A DNA stretch of 60,950 nt from Alphaproteobacteria bacterium (GTDB lineage: Bacteria; Pseudomonadota; Alphaproteobacteria; SP197). Within the stretch, counting starts at the first letter, position 1, and every line of letters starts with the position of its first letter. Positions 35,793-44,180 of the stretch are shown here, piece after piece. The position numbers and the translations under genes were made by a program. A model generated the notes under the pieces. That model saw only the letters and a program-made list of their open reading frames with translations. It searched no databases and was not told the origin of the DNA. Location of the stretch: contig JANQGO010000162.1 in the NCBI GenBank assembly GCA_028277285.1, positions 1-60,950 on the forward strand, written 5' to 3'.

Positions 35793-38700
35793 GCTCTTCA
35801 CGATCGCGCCGGGCACGTCGTTCGTCGATGCGCTCGCAGCCGGTCTCTTGGAGCGGCACCGCGATCAGCCCGAACGGCTCGGCGAGACGCTGATCCTGGT
35901 GCCGACGCGTCGCGCCAGCCGCGCGTTACAGGAAGCCTTTGTGCGCCAAAGCGACGGAGCCGCGCTGATCTTGCCCGCCATGCAGCCGCTCGGTGATGTC
36001 GACGAAGACGACCTGATCGCCGACCTGCTGGAGATGGGCGAAGACGTCATCGACCTGCCGCCGGCCATTCCCATCCTGCAACGCCAGCTCTTGCTGACCT
36101 CCCTGGTGCGCCAGGCCGGCACCCAGGTCGGTGCCGGCAACGACGAACAGGCCGCGCGTCTGGCCCGCGATCTCGCCCATTTGCTCGACGAAGTTGAGAC
36201 GGCGGAGCTCGACTTCGATGCACTCGACGGCCTCGTCGAGGGCGATCTGGCGCGCCACTGGCAGACGACGCTCGCTTTCCTGCGCATCATCACCGAACAA
36301 TGGCCGCGGATTCTGCAGGAACGTGGTCTTGTCGATCCGGCGCAACGGCGCAGCGCCCTGATCGACGCGTTGGCCGCGCGCTGGACGCAGCAGCCGCCGG
36401 CGACACCGGTGATCGCCGCGGGCTCGACCGGCACCATACCGGCAACGGCACGTCTGATGGCAACCATCTTGGATCTACCCGAAGGCGCGGTGATCCTGCC
36501 CGGCCTCGACCGGCATCTTGCCGAGGACACCTGGGACGCCATCGACGACACCCATCCGCAGGCCGCGATCAAGGCGCTGCTCGGTCAACTCGACACGTCC
36601 CCCGCGGACGTCGCCGATTGGCCCTACCCCGATACGGCCGGGGTACCGCGCGGCGATGCGGGCCGTCAGGTCTTGCTGTCGGATGCCATGCTGCCGGCGG
36701 TGGCGACGACCGCGTGGCAGCGCCTGGACCCCGCCGCTGACAGCGTGTTTGACGGCCTGAACCTGATCGTCTGCGCGCACCAGCGCGAGGAGGCGCAGGT
36801 CGCCGCGCTCATCATGCGCCACGCCCTGCTGACGCCGGCCAAGACCGCCGCGCTGGTCACGCGCGATCGTGGCGTGGCACGCCGTGTGGCGGCGGAGCTG
36901 AAGCGCTGGGGGATCGAGGTCGACGATTCCGCCGGCATGCCGCTCGCCGAAAGCGTGCCCGGCACCTTCCTGCGCCTGATCGCCGAGGTCGCGGTCGAAC
37001 GCGCCGCGCCGATACCGCTGTTGGCGCTCTTGAAACACCCGCTTGCCGCACTCGGCCGCGAGCCCGCGCACCTGCGCACCCAGATCCGCCAGATCGAACG
37101 GCTGGCCCTGCGCGGCCCGCGGCCGGGCTCCGGCTTGTCCGGACTGCGCGACGCGCTGACCCGCCGGCCGGTCGATGCCGACCTCGTCGCCCTGATCGAC
37201 GACATGGCGGAAGCCTTCACGCCGCTCGAGGCCGCGCTCGCCAACCGCCGGGGTTCGCTGCGCGACATGGTCAAGGCCCACATCGCCTGCGCCGAGCGTC
37301 TGGCGACACGCGACAACGAGACCGGCGCTGCGGTGTTGTGGTCGGGCGACGCCGGTGAGGCAGCCCACCGGTTCGTCCAGGAACTGCTGGATCAGGCGGA
37401 CATTCTGACCGGGGCCGAGGGCAACACCTATGCCGGCCTCTTCACCACCTTGATGCAGGGCCATGTGGTCCGGCCCCGCTTCGGGCGTCACCCCCGGCTA
37501 TACATCTGGGGGCCGCTCGAGGCGCGCATGCAGCACGCCGACCTCGTCCTGATCGGCGGATTGAGCGAAGGCAGCTGGCCGCCCGAGGTTCCGGCCGATC
37601 CCTGGATGAGCCGGCCGATGCGCGCGGCCTTCGGCCTGCCGTCTCAGGAACGGCGGATCGGACAGGCGGCGCACGACTTTGCCCAGGCCGCGGCCGGCGC
37701 CGAGGTCGTGATGCTGCGTTCCGACAAGGTCGCCGGCTCGCCCGCGGTTCCCGCGCGCTGGTTGATGCGTCTGGAGACCCTGTTGGACGCCTGGGGCAAA
37801 CGCCACCTGCTGGATCACGACGCCGGCCTGTGGCGCGCCCGCGCCGCGCTGATCGACCGTCCCGCCCTGATCGAACCCGCCAAGCCGCCGCAGCCGGCGC
37901 CGCCGGTCGCCGACCGGCCACGCCGCCTTTCCGTCACCCAAGTCGATACCTGGCTGCGCGATCCATATGCGATCTACGCCCGGTTCGTGCTGGGACTGAA
38001 GGCGCTCGACCCGCTGGACGAGGACCCGGCCGCCGCCGAGCGCGGCACCTTCGTCCACGAGGCGCTCGACCGCTTCGTCAAGACCTGGCCGGACACCCTG
38101 CCCGACGACGCGCTCGAGCAATTGTTGGCGATCGGCCGCGACGTGCTCGGCCCGACGCTCAGCCAACCGGCGGTCGCCGGATTCTGGTGGCCGCGGTTCG
38201 AACGGGCCGCCGCCTGGTTCATCGAACGCGAACACGAACGCCGCCACGAGCTCACCGCCATCGTGACGGAGTCGAAAGCGGAACTCAGTCTCGACGCGCC
38301 AGCCGGCCCGTTCACCCTCTCCGCCAAGGCCGACCGCCTGGAGCGGCGCGCCGACGGCACGGTCGGCGTCATCGACTACAAGACCGGCACCGCGCCCAGC
38401 ACGACGTTACTCAAGGCGGGCGGCGCGCCGCAACTGCCGCTGGAGGCGGCGATGATCCGCGAGGGCGCGTTCGACGCGCTGCCGGAACGCACCATCGCCG
38501 CGCTTGAACACTGGCAGCTCCAGGGCGGCGACCCGCCGGGTCAGATCAAGCGGCTCGCCGGCTCCGACGCCGACGACCTGGCGGCGGAGTCCCTGGCCAA
38601 CCTGAGCGACCTCGTGGCGGCCTTCGACCGGGCAGAGACCGCCTATCTCGATCACCCCGACGGCGCCGACGCCAGGGCCTATGACGACTATCTGCTGGTC

Positions 38701-41700
38701 GCGCGCACGGACGAACATCGCTTGGGCGCTGAATCGGCGCTGCCCGATTTGGAGGTCGCGCCACCGACGCGCGAGGGTGTTTCGCTGATGCCGGCCGACG
38801 ACGTGCAGAGGCTCTTGTCGGACCCCGAAACATCCGTCTGGGTGGCGGCCTCGGCGGGCACCGGCAAGACCAAGGTGCTGACCGATCGCGTGCTGCGGCT
38901 GTTGCTGAAGGGCGTCGCGGCCGACCGCATCCTCTGTCTGACGTTCACCCGCGCGGCGGCGGCGGAAATGGCCGTGCGCATCCAGCGTTCCCTTGGCGCC
39001 TGGGCTATGCTTAACGAGCCCGACCTCGCGACCGCGCTCGAAGGCCTGACCGGCCGGCCGCCGGATGAGGAAACTCTGATCCGCGCGCGCACCCTGTTTG
39101 CCGCGACGCTCGACACGCCGGGCGGCCTTCAGATCGCCACCATCCACGCCTTCTGCCAGTCGCTCCTGGGCCGGTTCCCGTTGGAGGCGCGCGTCGCGCC
39201 GCACTTCGACCTGGCCGATGAACGCACGGCGGCGGAACTGCTGCGCGATGCCCGCGACCGCGTGTTGTCGTCGGTCGCCCGAGGCGGCGGCGATGCGTTG
39301 ACCGACGCGCTCGCCGTTGTCGCCGCCAATGCCGCCGAAGGCACGTTCGATTCGATCATCCAAGAGATCTGCGGCGGCGCCGGACGCTTCGATGCGAACC
39401 TTGCGCGCCATGGCGGTCTCGACGGCACGCTGGATGCGGTCGCCAATGCGTTGGGGATCGCGCGCGGTGTCAATGCAGAGCATGTCCTGCGCCAAGCCGC
39501 GACCTCGGGCGCGCTCGACGAGCCCGGCCTGCGTCAAGCGGTCGCTGCCATGGAAGGCGGCAAGACCACGGACAAGAAAGCGGCGGCGTCGATCGATACG
39601 TGGCTGGCGGGCGATGATGACGCCCGCGTTGCCGGGTTCGCCGACTATTGCCTTGCCTTTCTGACCAAGGAAGGGTCGCCCCGCGCCAACCTGCCGACCA
39701 AGGACGTCGCCGCAGCCTTACCGGCAGCCGCCAGGGCGTTCGCGAACGAGCAGGCACGGCTGATCGGCATTACGGATACGCTCAAGGCCGTGCACGTCTT
39801 CGAACGCACCGCCGCTGTCCTGAGGCTGGGCCACGCCGTGCTGCAACGGTTCCGCGACAACAAGACACGCCGCGCCCTGCTTGACTATGACGATCTGATC
39901 AACCAGACGAACGCGTTGTTGGCCCAGCCGGACATCACGCCGTGGGTGCTCTACAAACTCGACGGCGGTATCGATCACGTGATGGTCGACGAAGCCCAGG
40001 ACACCAGCCCGGCGCAGTGGCAGATCGTCATCGAACTGGTGCGCGAGTTCTTCGAGGGCGAGACATGGGACGACGACATTCGGACCCTGTTCGTCGTCGG
40101 CGACGAGAAACAATCGATCTTCAGTTTCCAGGGAGCGGACCTCGACGCCCTGCGCAACGTGCACGACCGGCTGGAGGCGCTGGCCACGGGCGAACAGGGC
40201 CGCTGGCGCGAAGACGATCTGAACCGTTCTTTCCGTTCGGTGTCGGCCGTGTTGACCGTGGTCGACAAGGTCTTCGAACAGACGAACGCGCGCGCCGGCG
40301 TTGTCGACGATGGCGCCATGCTGGAGCACCTGGTGCAGCGCGCCGGCCATGGCGGCCTGGTCGAGCTGTGGCCGGTGGTCGGGGATCTCGACGACGAGGC
40401 GCCCGATCCCTGGCAGGCACCGCTCGGCTATCACGAGCCGGAAGACCGCAGCACGCGGCTTGCGCGCGAAATCGCCGCGACGATCTATAGTTGGATCGAA
40501 CGCGACGAGTTGCTGGTTTCCAAGGGCAGGCCGATCACGGCCGGCGACATCATGGTGCTGGTGCCGCGACGCACGCGTTTTGTCCACGCGCTCGTGCGCG
40601 AGCTCAAACAGAAGAACGTGGCGGTCGCCGGTGTCGACCGCATGGACCTGACCGGCCAGATCGCCGTGCGCGATCTGATGATGCTGGGTTACGCCTGCCT
40701 TATGCCCGAGGACGATCTGGCCCTGGCCGCCGTGCTCAAAGGTCCGCTGGCGGATTTCGACGACGACCTGCTCTATGACCTCGCCCGCAACCGGCAGGGC
40801 TGGACGCGCGACGGGCGCGGCGACGAACCGCTCGAAAGCCTGTGGTCGGCCTTGCGAAAGCGCGCGAACGACGATCCCGCGTTTCGCGCCGCCCATGATT
40901 GGTTCGCGAGCCAACTGGCTCAGGCCGACTTCGAGCGGCCGTTCGAGTTCTATAGCCGCATCCTGTCGCAGACCTGTCCGGCACCACGTGGCGACATGGT
41001 GGGACCACGGCTGAGCGGGCGCGAGGCGATGTTGCGCCGCCTTGGCATCGAAGCCGAGGACCCGCTCGACGAGTTTCTCGCCGCGAGCCTGGACTATGAG
41101 CGCGAGCATGCGGCGTCACTGCAAGGTTTCCTCGCCTGGCTCGAGGCCGGCAGCGCGGAAATCAAGCGCGAGATGGAAGCCCGTCACGACATGGTGCGCA
41201 TCATGACCGTGCACGGCGCCAAGGGTCTGCAGGCGCCGATCGTCTTTCTGGTCGACGACATGGCGACCCGGCCGCCACGCACCGACAACCTCGTCTGGCT
41301 CGACGGCGGTCAGCTGCCGATCTGGCCCGGCAGCGCGGGCAAGCGCGACCGCGTGTCCGATGAGGCCATCGAGGATCGCAACGCGCGCCAGGACGAGGAG
41401 CGCCGCCGGCTTCTCTACGTCGCTCTGACGCGCGCCGAAGACCGGCTTTATGTCACAGCGGCCTCCAGCACCGGCGAGAGCAAGGCCGAAAGTTGGCACG
41501 GCATGGTCGAGGCAGGCATGGCGGAGATCGCCGAGCCCTTCGACTTCGAAGCCGCCAGCGATCCCGCATGGAAAGGGCAGGCGCTGCGTTATCAGACCCC
41601 GCAGGCAGCAGTCGCGGCGGCGAAACCAAGCAAGACAGACGACGGTGACATCGCCGCGAAACTGGAAGCCGAGCTCCTTGAGATCCCCCCGGTCGAACGG

Positions 41701-42276
41701 GACACGGAGCGTCCGGTCAATCCGTCGCGCCTGGGCGGCAACGACCGCGCTCCGGATTCGCCGTTGGGCAAGTCCGGTGGCAAGGCCGCGGCACGCGGCC
41801 GCGTCATCCATCGCCTGCTGGAACGCCTGCCGGATGTTCCACCGGACGGGCGCGCGATTGCCGGTCAACGCCTGCTCGACCACGTGGCGCATGATTGGCC
41901 GGCGGCAGACAAAGCCGAGGCGCTCGTCTCGGTCATGGCGATCCTGGACGATCCTGCGTTCGGCGCCCTTTTCGGACCCGGCAGCCGGGCCGAGGTGCCG
42001 ATCATCGGGCGGGTCGGCGAGTTGGTTATCGCGGGTCAGGTGGACCGCCTGATCGTCGGTGACGGCATGGTTGATATTGTCGACTACAAAACCAACCGTA
42101 CGCCGCCAGAGGAAGCACGAGCGGCGCCCGAGGCCTATTTGCGCCAAATGGCCGCTTATCGGGCCGTTTTGCGCCAGATTTACCCGGATTTTGTGGTGAA
42201 TTGCCTGCTTTTGTGGACGGCCGGACCGGTTATGCAGACGCTTCCACAAGACCTTCTGGATGCATATGCGCCATGA
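35782..42276 (+). CDS. addB-addA: double-strand break repair AddB and AddA modules encoded as one continuous 2164-codon ORF
   Basis: Residues 1 to ~1000 are alphaproteobacterial-type AddB (MAAKLFTIAPGTSFVDALA...; nuclease motif GVIDYKTGTAPS). From ~1003 onward it is AddA: UvrD-type Walker A AASAGTGKTKVLT, ..VDEAQDTSP.., ..MTVHGAKGLQAP.. and the C-terminal nuclease DIVDYKTNR. There is no in-frame stop at the junction. An internal ATG at 38788 with GAGGG upstream could start AddA separately. Confidence 0.85.
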   Translation: MAAKLFTIAPGTSFVDALAAGLLERHRDQPERLGETLILVPTRRASRALQEAFVRQSDGAALILPAMQPLGDVDEDDLIADLLEMGEDVIDLPPAIPILQRQLLLTSLVRQAGTQVGAGNDEQAARLARDLAHLLDEVETAELDFDALDGLVEGDLARHWQTTLAFLRIITEQWPRILQERGLVDPAQRRSALIDALAARWTQQPPATPVIAAGSTGTIPATARLMATILDLPEGAVILPGLDRHLAEDTWDAIDDTHPQAAIKALLGQLDTSPADVADWPYPDTAGVPRGDAGRQVLLSDAMLPAVATTAWQRLDPAADSVFDGLNLIVCAHQREEAQVAALIMRHALLTPAKTAALVTRDRGVARRVAAELKRWGIEVDDSAGMPLAESVPGTFLRLIAEVAVERAAPIPLLALLKHPLAALGREPAHLRTQIRQIERLALRGPRPGSGLSGLRDALTRRPVDADLVALIDDMAEAFTPLEAALANRRGSLRDMVKAHIACAERLATRDNETGAAVLWSGDAGEAAHRFVQELLDQADILTGAEGNTYAGLFTTLMQGHVVRPRFGRHPRLYIWGPLEARMQHADLVLIGGLSEGSWPPEVPADPWMSRPMRAAFGLPSQERRIGQAAHDFAQAAAGAEVVMLRSDKVAGSPAVPARWLMRLETLLDAWGKRHLLDHDAGLWRARAALIDRPALIEPAKPPQPAPPVADRPRRLSVTQVDTWLRDPYAIYARFVLGLKALDPLDEDPAAAERGTFVHEALDRFVKTWPDTLPDDALEQLLAIGRDVLGPTLSQPAVAGFWWPRFERAAAWFIEREHERRHELTAIVTESKAELSLDAPAGPFTLSAKADRLERRADGTVGVIDYKTGTAPSTTLLKAGGAPQLPLEAAMIREGAFDALPERTIAALEHWQLQGGDPPGQIKRLAGSDADDLAAESLANLSDLVAAFDRAETAYLDHPDGADARAYDDYLLVARTDEHRLGAESALPDLEVAPPTREGVSLMPADDVQRLLSDPETSVWVAASAGTGKTKVLTDRVLRLLLKGVAADRILCLTFTRAAAAEMAVRIQRSLGAWAMLNEPDLATALEGLTGRPPDEETLIRARTLFAATLDTPGGLQIATIHAFCQSLLGRFPLEARVAPHFDLADERTAAELLRDARDRVLSSVARGGGDALTDALAVVAANAAEGTFDSIIQEICGGAGRFDANLARHGGLDGTLDAVANALGIARGVNAEHVLRQAATSGALDEPGLRQAVAAMEGGKTTDKKAAASIDTWLAGDDDARVAGFADYCLAFLTKEGSPRANLPTKDVAAALPAAARAFANEQARLIGITDTLKAVHVFERTAAVLRLGHAVLQRFRDNKTRRALLDYDDLINQTNALLAQPDITPWVLYKLDGGIDHVMVDEAQDTSPAQWQIVIELVREFFEGETWDDDIRTLFVVGDEKQSIFSFQGADLDALRNVHDRLEALATGEQGRWREDDLNRSFRSVSAVLTVVDKVFEQTNARAGVVDDGAMLEHLVQRAGHGGLVELWPVVGDLDDEAPDPWQAPLGYHEPEDRSTRLAREIAATIYSWIERDELLVSKGRPITAGDIMVLVPRRTRFVHALVRELKQKNVAVAGVDRMDLTGQIAVRDLMMLGYACLMPEDDLALAAVLKGPLADFDDDLLYDLARNRQGWTRDGRGDEPLESLWSALRKRANDDPAFRAAHDWFASQLAQADFERPFEFYSRILSQTCPAPRGDMVGPRLSGREAMLRRLGIEAEDPLDEFLAASLDYEREHAASLQGFLAWLEAGSAEIKREMEARHDMVRIMTVHGAKGLQAPIVFLVDDMATRPPRTDNLVWLDGGQLPIWPGSAGKRDRVSDEAIEDRNARQDEERRRLLYVALTRAEDRLYVTAASSTGESKAESWHGMVEAGMAEIAEPFDFEAASDPAWKGQALRYQTPQAAVAAAKPSKTDDGDIAAKLEAELLEIPPVERDTERPVNPSRLGGNDRAPDSPLGKSGGKAAARGRVIHRLLERLPDVPPDGRAIAGQRLLDHVAHDWPAADKAEALVSVMAILDDPAFGALFGPGSRAEVPIIGRVGELVIAGQVDRLIVGDGMVDIVDYKTNRTPPEEARAAPEAYLRQMAAYRAVLRQIYPDFVVNCLLLWTAGPVMQTLPQDLLDAYAP

Positions 42277-42379
42277 CCGCGGCGCGGGGATGTGCCGGTT
42301 GACGCACCCCCATCCGGTTCCTAGATTCTGGTCTCAGCGAGCGCCCTGAAGAGGCGAACCGCCGCATTGAACAGGAGAT

Positions 42380-42706
42380 TTGCCGACTATGACCCAACAC
42401 GTCACCGACGACTCCTTCGAGACCGATGTCTTGAAGTCCGAAGGGCCGGTTCTGGTCGATTTCTGGGCCGAATGGTGTGGACCGTGCAAGCAGATCGCCC
42501 CGGCGTTGGAGGATCTATCCAACGAAATGGGCGACCGCGTTCGCGTGGTCAAAGTCAACATTGACGAAAACCCGATGACCCCCTCGAAGTACGGTGTCCG
42601 CGGCATCCCAACAATGATGCTGTTCAAGGACGGCGAGGTCAGCGCCATGAAAGTCGGCGCCATGCCGAAGAGCAAGATCTTCGAATGGGTCGAACAGTCG
42701 ATCTAA
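42380..42706 (+). CDS. trxA: thioredoxin
   Basis: 108 aa with the WAEWCGPCK active site. Confidence 0.96.
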   Translation: MPTMTQHVTDDSFETDVLKSEGPVLVDFWAEWCGPCKQIAPALEDLSNEMGDRVRVVKVNIDENPMTPSKYGVRGIPTMMLFKDGEVSAMKVGAMPKSKIFEWVEQSI

Positions 42707-42745
42707 ACGACAGCACGACACAAGCGACAACCGCAACCAAGGACG

Positions 42746-42783
42746 GCCCCGTCATGACTGATAATCGGCGGGGCTGTTTCGTT
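42746..42783 (+). terminator. possible rho-independent terminator after trxA
   Basis: Stem gccccg (42746-42751) / cggggc (42769-42774), followed by tgtttcgtt. The loop is long (17 nt), so this is weak. Confidence 0.35.
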
Positions 42784-42800
42784 GCGCGTTGGGTGCCGGC

Positions 42801-44180
42801 ATGACAGACGGCGGTCACACCGGCGGCGCTGACGAGGTCGCGGCGTTTCTGGAGCATTATCCGGAAACCCGCTGGGTCGATGCGATCATCCCCGACCTCT
42901 GCGCCATTCCGCGCGGCAAGCGGCTCGACGTCTCCGGCCTGAAGAAGGTCTTCGAGACGGGCATGGGACTGCCCGGCTCGACCTATGTCATGAACATCCT
43001 GGGCGAGAACGTCGACAGCACGGGGCTCGGACCGCCGGACGGCGATCCCGACTACCCATGTTTCGGCGTGCCCGGCACGCTGGCACCGGTGCCGTGGGTC
43101 GGGCCGGAGCAGGCCCAGGTGCTGATGACCATGAAGAACGATGCCGGCGAGCCCTATTGGCTCGATCCGCGCGTCATCGCCGGGCGCATGGTCGATCGGA
43201 TTGCCGCGCTGGGCTACACACCCGTCGTCGCGATCGAGTTGGAGTTCTACCTGATCGATCCGGAGACCGACGAGCTCGGCCGCCCCAAGCTGGCGCGCTC
43301 ACCCTTAACCGGCAAGCGCCCGCGCGAGACCCAGGTCTATCTGATGGACGAGCTCGACGCGTTCGCGCCGGTCCTGAACGACATCATCGATACCTGCCGC
43401 CAGCAGAACGTGCCGGCCGATGTCGCGACCATCGAATACGCGCCCGGCCAGTTCGAGATCAATCTGAACCACGTATCCGATCCGGTCGTCGCGTGCGATC
43501 ACGCGTTCCTGATGAAACGCGCGGTCAAGGGTGTGGCCGCGCGTCATGGCCTGGTCGCGACCTTCATGGCGCGGCCGTTCCGCAAGACCTCGACCAATGG
43601 CACGCACATTCATCTGAGCCTGTTGGACGGCGACGGCAGAAACGTCTTCGATGACGGCGGCAAGGACGGCAGCGATCTGTTGCGCCACGCCATCGGCGGC
43701 CTTGCCGAGACCATGGCCGAGGCCATGCCGATCTGGGCGCCGAACGCCAACTCCTATCGGCGCATCAGCCCGGTCGGCTGGGTGCCGCTGGCGCCGACCT
43801 GGGGCTACAACAACCGCTCCGTGGCGATCCGCGTGCCGAGCGGTGAGCCGACGTCACGGCGTTTGGAGCACCGCCCCGCCGGCGCCGACGCCAATCCCTA
43901 TCTGGTCATGGCGGCGACACTGGCCGGCGTGCACCACGGCCTCACGAACAAGGTCGATCCCGGCAAGCCGATCGTCGGCGATGCCGCCCAGCAGGTGCCA
44001 CCCAGCCTGCCGGCGATCTGGGTCGACGCGCTGCGCGCCTTCGACGACGCCAAGATCCTTCCGGATTACTTCGGTGCCGAATACTGGGATATCTACAGCA
44101 AGATCCGCTGGTCGGAGTTCCACGAGTTCAACGACCACATCTCCGCGCTCGAATACGACCGCTTCCTGCGCCTGGTTTGA
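42801..44180 (+). CDS. glutamine synthetase family protein (type I-like, gamma-glutamyl-amine synthetase/PuuA-like)
   Basis: About 459 aa from the ATG at 42801 (TTG 42789 is possible). It has the GS catalytic-domain pattern ..EYAPGQFEINL.., ..KPF....NGTHIHLSL.. and ..NSYRR..P...AP....WGYNNRSVAIRVP. Confidence 0.85.
   Translation: MTDGGHTGGADEVAAFLEHYPETRWVDAIIPDLCAIPRGKRLDVSGLKKVFETGMGLPGSTYVMNILGENVDSTGLGPPDGDPDYPCFGVPGTLAPVPWVGPEQAQVLMTMKNDAGEPYWLDPRVIAGRMVDRIAALGYTPVVAIELEFYLIDPETDELGRPKLARSPLTGKRPRETQVYLMDELDAFAPVLNDIIDTCRQQNVPADVATIEYAPGQFEINLNHVSDPVVACDHAFLMKRAVKGVAARHGLVATFMARPFRKTSTNGTHIHLSLLDGDGRNVFDDGGKDGSDLLRHAIGGLAETMAEAMPIWAPNANSYRRISPVGWVPLAPTWGYNNRSVAIRVPSGEPTSRRLEHRPAGADANPYLVMAATLAGVHHGLTNKVDPGKPIVGDAAQQVPPSLPAIWVDALRAFDDAKILPDYFGAEYWDIYSKIRWSEFHEFNDHISALEYDRFLRLV
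44031..44180 (+). repeat. left copy of a direct repeat (the 3' end of the glutamine-synthetase-like gene; att-like)
   Basis: 44082-44180 matches 45753-45851 with 6 mismatches in 99 nt. 44105-44170 is identical to 45776-45841 (66 nt). Weaker in-frame similarity extends back to 44031 / 45703. Confidence 0.9.

Noticed and set aside
38650-38800. The AddB/AddA junction as two overlapping genes in different frames.
   Set aside because: Translating the other two frames gives early stops (..TSLGR* and ..ARVFR*) and no AddB-like C-terminus or AddA-like N-terminus. Only the continuous frame carries both modules, so it is reported as a fusion finding instead.
42772-42785. A GG-N10-GC (-24/-12-like) string, gGGctgtttcgtTGCg, upstream of the glutamine-synthetase-like gene.
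   Set aside because: The spacing fits sigma-54, but it would place the transcription start about 4 nt from the ATG at 42801, and inside the ORF if TTG 42789 is used. It also overlaps the putative trxA terminator stem. This is too weak to call.
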